From NCBI GenBank assembly GCA_004322215.1, contig SCSM01000011.1, forward strand, positions 450,697 to 514,696: 64,000 nucleotides of DNA. Direction: 5' to 3'. This document shows positions 59,264 through 64,000 of the stretch, piece by piece; the first letter of the stretch is position 1, and every line of letters begins with the position of its first letter. The notes beneath the pieces were generated by a model. That model worked only from the letters and a program-made list of their open reading frames with translations, had not been told where the DNA came from and ran no database searches. This DNA comes from Bacteroidota bacterium. GTDB taxonomy: Bacteria; Bacteroidota; Ignavibacteria; Kapaibacteriales; UBA2268. The position numbers and the translations under genes were made by a program.

Positions 59264-61119
59264 CTCAACACTCCCTCTAATTCTGTTATTACATTTACTG
59301 CATCATCATATATATTTTGTTTGCTCACATCGTTGGATGAACGTGCAAACCGTGCAAACTCGCAGTAATCTATCGTTGACATACACTGATTTATTTTATT
59401 TTCGGCTACATTTCTATTAGCCATCGAATGGGAGGCACTGTCCTTGTTCAATTCGGATATCGGGATAGTAAGTTTATCGCTCAGATAACCCCAAAGTGCG
59501 TGTGATACTTCCTCGTAAAATTTATCTTCATTCGAATCAGTAATCAGGATTTTAGCTGTCTGCAATCTTTTTCTTGCCATTTTCGTTGCTCTTTTATTTT
59601 TAAGTAATGCCTGGTTACCTTCCAATTTCTGCTGTCTTTTTAAATAAACAAAAAACAAAAAGAAGAGAACCATCGGCGTAAAAGTCAGCAAATAAAATCC
59701 TCCGGAGCCCAGAAAATGACTGTTATTTTTAGCCAAAGCGCCTGATAAAGTTTTTATAAACCTTATATCTTTGCCGATATACTTTATATCCTCTTTCCTG
59801 ACACCGGTAACAGATTGATATGCTTCCTCACCTGTCCCCTGCTCTACCTGCAAAATAAATTCCTGAGAAGATAAAGTTTTGTATTGCTTTGAACTCAAAT
59901 CAAAATATGAAAATCCAACCGGCTCAATTTTATACTCACCTGCATGCCTTGGAATGAGAAGATATTCAAATGTTCTGCTCCCCGACACACCCGAACCTGA
60001 CACTGAAATGTTATCATTAACCTTCGGGTCATAAGTCTCGACATCAGGAGGCAGTTTTAAGTCGAATGGTTCAATCAGCTTTAAATTTCCATTTCCGGAA
60101 ATCTGAATTTTCAGATTAACCGGCTCATTTGTTTTTGTCTTCGGTTTATCTATCCATGCCTTCATAGAAAGATTACCGACTCCACCGTTGAAATCGGCAG
60201 GTGCCCCCGGAGGTAATGGTTTTACATTTATATTTACAGCACCCGAACTTGCATTATATTTAAAATCCTGGTATTGAGGTCCGAATGAAAAGAAATCATC
60301 AAAAATGCTTCTTCTTCTTTTTTGTTGGTTTTGTACTACCAACCTGCATACAGTCTCAAAAATGAATGGTTCTATCGTCAGCTTACCGGTTTGCTGGGGT
60401 ATTAAAACTACCTTTTTTACTACTGCAGCGTTGAATGGAACACCATTTACATTTTCAGTATGAAATTGAAGCTTTCCTATATCAATATCCTGTGTCCAAA
60501 AGCCGGTAAAAGTTGGGGCATTTTGAGAAGGCACTAACTGAACCAGCCGTAATTCGGGATGTACATACAAAACATAAGTCGCAATAATCTGCTCACCCTG
60601 GTAAACTTCTTTTTTACTGACATTCAATCTCAAAAAAAGATTTTTAGCAATTACATCATTTGCCTGCTGATTTAAATTTCCCTGGGATTGATTCTGCTTT
60701 TGTCCCTGGTTCTGTTGTTGGGCATTACCCTTAGTAACAGTAATATTAATAGGATTCGTTTTTAATGTCTTTCCGTCGGCATCAATTGTGGCTGAGCCGA
60801 TTTGATAATTGCCTTCGGCATCTGCCTGCAGGACATAAGTATATGACAGACTTCTCGACATCTGTCCGTTGACAAAGCTCATCTGTTGTGATGTGCTTGG
60901 TCCCATTAATACAGTGAATCCTTTAAATCCGGGTGCCCGGAAATTGCTCCCGTTCAAATTCGATAATGTGAAAGTCACCTGGATTTGTTCGCCAACAAGT
61001 ACCGGATTCCTATCCACAGAGGCAGTGAATTGACCGTATGCTAAGATTTGTAATAATAGAATTCCGTTAATAACAAAAAAATAAAATCCCTTCATATTAA
61101 ATTTATGTTGATGTTCCAA
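59260..61119 (-). CDS. batD: BatD-family protein
   Basis: 619 aa with a signal peptide and a large periplasmic beta-rich domain. A TM segment near the C-terminus (..FYLLTFTPMVLFFLFFVYL..) is followed by a cytoplasmic tail. Confidence 0.7.
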   Translation of the reverse strand: MEHQHKFNMKGFYFFVINGILLLQILAYGQFTASVDRNPVLVGEQIQVTFTLSNLNGSNFRAPGFKGFTVLMGPSTSQQMSFVNGQMSRSLSYTYVLQADAEGNYQIGSATIDADGKTLKTNPINITVTKGNAQQQNQGQKQNQSQGNLNQQANDVIAKNLFLRLNVSKKEVYQGEQIIATYVLYVHPELRLVQLVPSQNAPTFTGFWTQDIDIGKLQFHTENVNGVPFNAAVVKKVVLIPQQTGKLTIEPFIFETVCRLVVQNQQKRRRSIFDDFFSFGPQYQDFKYNASSGAVNINVKPLPPGAPADFNGGVGNLSMKAWIDKPKTKTNEPVNLKIQISGNGNLKLIEPFDLKLPPDVETYDPKVNDNISVSGSGVSGSRTFEYLLIPRHAGEYKIEPVGFSYFDLSSKQYKTLSSQEFILQVEQGTGEEAYQSVTGVRKEDIKYIGKDIRFIKTLSGALAKNNSHFLGSGGFYLLTFTPMVLFFLFFVYLKRQQKLEGNQALLKNKRATKMARKRLQTAKILITDSNEDKFYEEVSHALWGYLSDKLTIPISELNKDSASHSMANRNVAENKINQCMSTIDYCEFARFARSSNDVSKQNIYDDAVNVITELEGVLR

Positions 61120-61126
61120 ATTTATT

Positions 61127-61849
61127 TCACCATGGTTTGGTTGTTTTAACTCTGCCAGTACCGACCTGTTTATTTAATTTTTTCTGCAAATTTTTTTCTT
61201 CATTTGCAAGTGCCTGGAGCATTCTTTGAGCGTCCTGCTTCGAAATCTTCGGTTGTTGTTGCTTCTGCTTATCTTTATCGTTTTGGTTCTGCTGTTGCTG
61301 CTGTTGCTGATTTTGCTTGTTTTTATCCTTATCGTCTTTTTTATCCTGGTTTTGTTTTTGCTGCTGATTCTGCTGCTGCTGATTTTGATTCTGTTGATTT
61401 TGTTTTTGTTGCTGTTGCTGCTGCTGTTGTTGAATCAACATCCTTCGTGCATATTCCAGATTGTATTTGGTATCCAAATCTTCGGGTTCGTTTCTAAGTG
61501 AATTTTTATATGCCTCTATACTCTCGGCATATTTTTTATCTTTCAAAAGTGAATTTCCGAGGTTATGATAAGCCATAGACCTCGTTTCTTTATCAATTTT
61601 ACTGTTAGTCAAATCGTTGAACTTTTCCGCTGCCTTATCGAATTTTTCCTGTTTGTATAATGCATCGCCGATGTTGAACACCGACTTCTCGGAATTTTTC
61701 TTCTTGTCGAGCGATTTCAAATAATTTATTTCAGCATCGCTGTATTTCTTTTGTTCGTAAAGTTTATTCCCTTTACGCAAATAATCCTTATATGATTGTG
61801 CGGAACATAATATCGGAAATAAAATTAATAATATTATAAATTTTTTCAT
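61127..61849 (-). CDS. BatC-like TPR protein containing a long poly-Q/N/K low-complexity insert
   Basis: 240 aa with a signal peptide, TPR units, and then ..QQQQQQQQQKQNQQNQNQQQQNQQQKQNQDKKDDKDKNKQNQQQQQQQNQNDKDKQKQQQ.. Confidence 0.65.
   Translation of the reverse strand: MKKFIILLILFPILCSAQSYKDYLRKGNKLYEQKKYSDAEINYLKSLDKKKNSEKSVFNIGDALYKQEKFDKAAEKFNDLTNSKIDKETRSMAYHNLGNSLLKDKKYAESIEAYKNSLRNEPEDLDTKYNLEYARRMLIQQQQQQQQQKQNQQNQNQQQQNQQQKQNQDKKDDKDKNKQNQQQQQQQNQNDKDKQKQQQPKISKQDAQRMLQALANEEKNLQKKLNKQVGTGRVKTTKPW
61255..61440. repeat. CAG/CAA (CTG/TTG on the + strand) trinucleotide-rich low-complexity tract encoding the poly-Q/N segment of the BatC-like protein
   Basis: It reads gctgttgctgctgttgctgattttgcttg...ttgctgctgattctgctgctgctgattttgattctgttgattttgtttttgttgctgttgctgctgctgttgttg. 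Confidence 0.8.
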
Positions 61850-62886
61850 TATTTCCTTTCACCAAATAAGTTCAAAGACTCAATTAATTTATTTTTCCTT
61901 TCGGAAATAAAAATATCTGCAATCAAAATTACCATTGCCAGTCCGAACAGGTACTGGAAATAATCAACATAGTCAGTAAAAAGCTGTGCCTTATATTCTT
62001 TCTTTTCCATTCCTGCAATTTCGTCCAGTAATGATGCGAGGTCCGGGTCATCTCCTGTCGAACGTACGAATTTACCGTTACCTTCCGATGCAATCTGCTC
62101 GAGCATTCCTGCATCGAGCTTAGTAACAACCGTATTACCTTCATCATCGGTCATAAAACTCACTCTTTGATTGCCGGAATAAATCGGAATCGGAGCCCCA
62201 TTGACCGAACCCATACCGATAGTGTATATCACAATTCCTGTCTTTGCCGCTTCGCCAGCCATCGAAACAGCATCGTCTTCGTGGTTCTCTCCATCTGTTA
62301 TTATTATTAATGCCTTGTATTTCTTTTCTTCCTGCTTGAATGATTTCATCGAAAGTTCTATTGCCTTGCCGATAGCAGTCCCCTGGTTATAGACAAGGTC
62401 GCAATCGACAGTACTCAGAAATAGTTTTGCCGCAGAATAATCTGTAGTTAATGGAAGTTGTATAAAAGCATCTCCAGCAAAAACAATCAAACCGATTCTG
62501 TCATTATACATTTTATCAATCAGTTTAGAAACATATTGCTTGGCTCTTTCGAGTCGGTTCGGCTTTATATCTTCTGCTTTCATGCTGTTCGACACATCTA
62601 TCGCAATAATAACATCCACACCTTCTCTTTTGAAATTTTCCAGTTTTGTCCCGATTTGCGGATTTGCAATCCCAAGAATTATTAAAGCGAGTCCGGCTAA
62701 TAATAATGATGCTTTAATAACACTTTTATATTTTGATACATCAGGCATAAGTATATTCAAAAGGTTTACATCACCATATTTCTGTATAAGTTTCTTTCTG
62801 TAATTTCTCAATAGAAAATATAGTAATGCAAATGCCGGTACAAGTACGAGCATATATAAGAAGATTCCATTTTCAAACCGAAACAT
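61849..62886 (-). CDS. batA: BatA-like von Willebrand factor A domain membrane protein
   Basis: 345 aa with two N-terminal TM helices and a vWA MIDAS motif (..DVIIAIDVSNSM..). Its stop overlaps the batC-like start (TAATG). Confidence 0.8.
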   Translation of the reverse strand: MFRFENGIFLYMLVLVPAFALLYFLLRNYRKKLIQKYGDVNLLNILMPDVSKYKSVIKASLLLAGLALIILGIANPQIGTKLENFKREGVDVIIAIDVSNSMKAEDIKPNRLERAKQYVSKLIDKMYNDRIGLIVFAGDAFIQLPLTTDYSAAKLFLSTVDCDLVYNQGTAIGKAIELSMKSFKQEEKKYKALIIITDGENHEDDAVSMAGEAAKTGIVIYTIGMGSVNGAPIPIYSGNQRVSFMTDDEGNTVVTKLDAGMLEQIASEGNGKFVRSTGDDPDLASLLDEIAGMEKKEYKAQLFTDYVDYFQYLFGLAMVILIADIFISERKNKLIESLNLFGERK

Positions 62887-63053
62887 TCAACAACCACTTA
62901 AAGTTAGTAATTATTACAAAATTCTTAAAATATGAAAAAAGTAGACGAAAAAATTAAAAATTGAGTATAATTCCTTTTTATATTTTTTTGATATTAATTC
63001 GAGTAATTGATTTGTTATTATTTAAGACCATTTAATTGTTTATAATATTGATT

Positions 63054-64000
63054 CTATCTCACCACCTCAAATGGTTCAATTATCTTTTTGAATTCTGTAG
63101 TAAATTTTAGGTAATATCTTCCCTGGCTCAGGGTTTGAACCGGTATGAATTCCGTATAAAAGCCGGCTGAAAAGTATTTTGTGGGAACCGGCTCTTCAAT
63201 AATTTTACCTTGTATGTCAATAACCTCAATCTTTATATATGAACTGTTTGTTAGTCCGAAATCCATTCTCATTGTTTTTTCAGCAGGATTAGGATATAAT
63301 ATATAAAGTGTATCATTTTGAGGAAGCCGGTTAAATGTACTATCGGCAAAATGTAATGATATTGCTTTTTCCCTTGATGCCTGAGCGGTATTTTCTAATT
63401 CAACTAATGAATTCCCCGCAAACAAACTGAATGTTACACGAGTAGTATCACCTTTCATCAATTTAATCGGACCTGCACCGATAACCATTGAAGCATCCGT
63501 TATACTCGAATATTTCCTGGAAATCCCGCTGCTCATGGTTGCCCATTTTTCATTTCTGGTGAATCCGTCCCAAATGCCTATATTACTTCCTCCATTATCA
63601 ATAGCATAAAAATTAAGTTTATGAGTTGAAAGTAAAGAAACTCCAGCCAGTGGATAGCTATTATCTCTTGCATTCATTGCATAACCGAATACCTGCTGAT
63701 TATCATAAGATATATAGTTGTTAGTTCCTGATGGTCCTATGTCCCAATCTAAAAATAAAGCAGCAAAAAGGGAATCCGTATCATATCCTGAAGTATTTAT
63801 AATATCGTAAATGACATATATAAAATTTTTACTGCCACTGTCGTTGTATTGATATACCTTCTGATTTACTGTTACACCGGCATCATAAATTGAGTTTAAA
63901 TCATAAAAATCTGAAAATCCCTCCTGCAAGGAATCTCCGTATTTATATATATTGAAAATATCATCCGATTTAAATGATACATCCTTTTCATATTGAAACA
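63054..64000 (-). CDS. Secreted protein with a T9SS C-terminal sorting domain; probably N-terminally truncated by the window end
   Basis: The C-terminus ..IKIEVIDIQGKIIEEP...GRYYLKFTTEFKKIIEPFEVVR fits the T9SS C-terminal pattern. The reading frame appears to stay open upstream of the Met at 63929 to the window edge. Confidence 0.5.
   Translation of the reverse strand, partial: FQYEKDVSFKSDDIFNIYKYGDSLQEGFSDFYDLNSIYDAGVTVNQKVYQYNDSGSKNFIYVIYDIINTSGYDTDSLFAALFLDWDIGPSGTNNYISYDNQQVFGYAMNARDNSYPLAGVSLLSTHKLNFYAIDNGGSNIGIWDGFTRNEKWATMSSGISRKYSSITDASMVIGAGPIKLMKGDTTRVTFSLFAGNSLVELENTAQASREKAISLHFADSTFNRLPQNDTLYILYPNPAEKTMRMDFGLTNSSYIKIEVIDIQGKIIEEPVPTKYFSAGFYTEFIPVQTLSQGRYYLKFTTEFKKIIEPFEVVR

Noticed and set aside
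61204-61501. Two + strand ORFs encoding poly-Leu (LLLLLL...) and Ala/Val-rich peptides
   Set aside because: They are antisense artefacts of the CAG/CAA repeat tract of the minus-strand BatC-like gene. The CTG and TTG repeats give Leu-rich frames.

Overview
This is a low-GC (roughly one-third GC) chromosomal window from a bacterium of the FCB group (Bacteroidota/Ignavibacteriota-like). The placement rests on at least four secreted proteins carrying T9SS C-terminal sorting domains, a batA/C/D/E aerotolerance-type operon, and several OmpA-family proteins. Most of the window is housekeeping core genome. It contains the conserved nusA-infB-rbfA-truB-ribF-rpsO-pnp block, an RNase P RNA (rnpB) that the ORF track covers with spurious ORFs, tRNA-Asn(GTT), pgk-gap, recO, plsY-gpsA, pdxJ, asnB, kbl-tdh, trxB, a lolC/E-family permease, and a Nif3 plus zinc-ribbon gene pair. 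I found no transposase, integrase or CRISPR array.

The most system-like accessory element is a compact, very AT-rich two-gene cassette at 16702-18413, wedged between the pnp 3' end and a convergent TPR gene. It encodes a beta-class amino-DNA methyltransferase (DPPF ... DPFAGTGT) followed 2 nt later by a 276-aa ORF carrying a PD-x(n)-E-x-K motif. I read it as a horizontally acquired type II restriction-modification module whose endonuclease looks uncharacterised.

Seven other observations are worth a second look:
- A ClpB gene reduced to its C-terminal half, with a 400-bp non-coding gap upstream that carries small GTCATTC...GAATC(C) hairpin repeats.
- A pair of diverged paralogous outer-membrane-barrel-like proteins, each beside T9SS cargo.
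- A 14-bp-periodic triple direct repeat upstream of a T9SS cargo gene.
- Tandem zinc-ribbon and plain SAM-methyltransferases.
- A CASTOR/POLLUX-like RCK channel.
- An Arg/Asp-rich C-terminal tail on PNPase.
- A CAG/CAA-encoded poly-Q/N tract in the BatC-like protein.

All functional calls come from motifs read directly from the translations. No database search was run.
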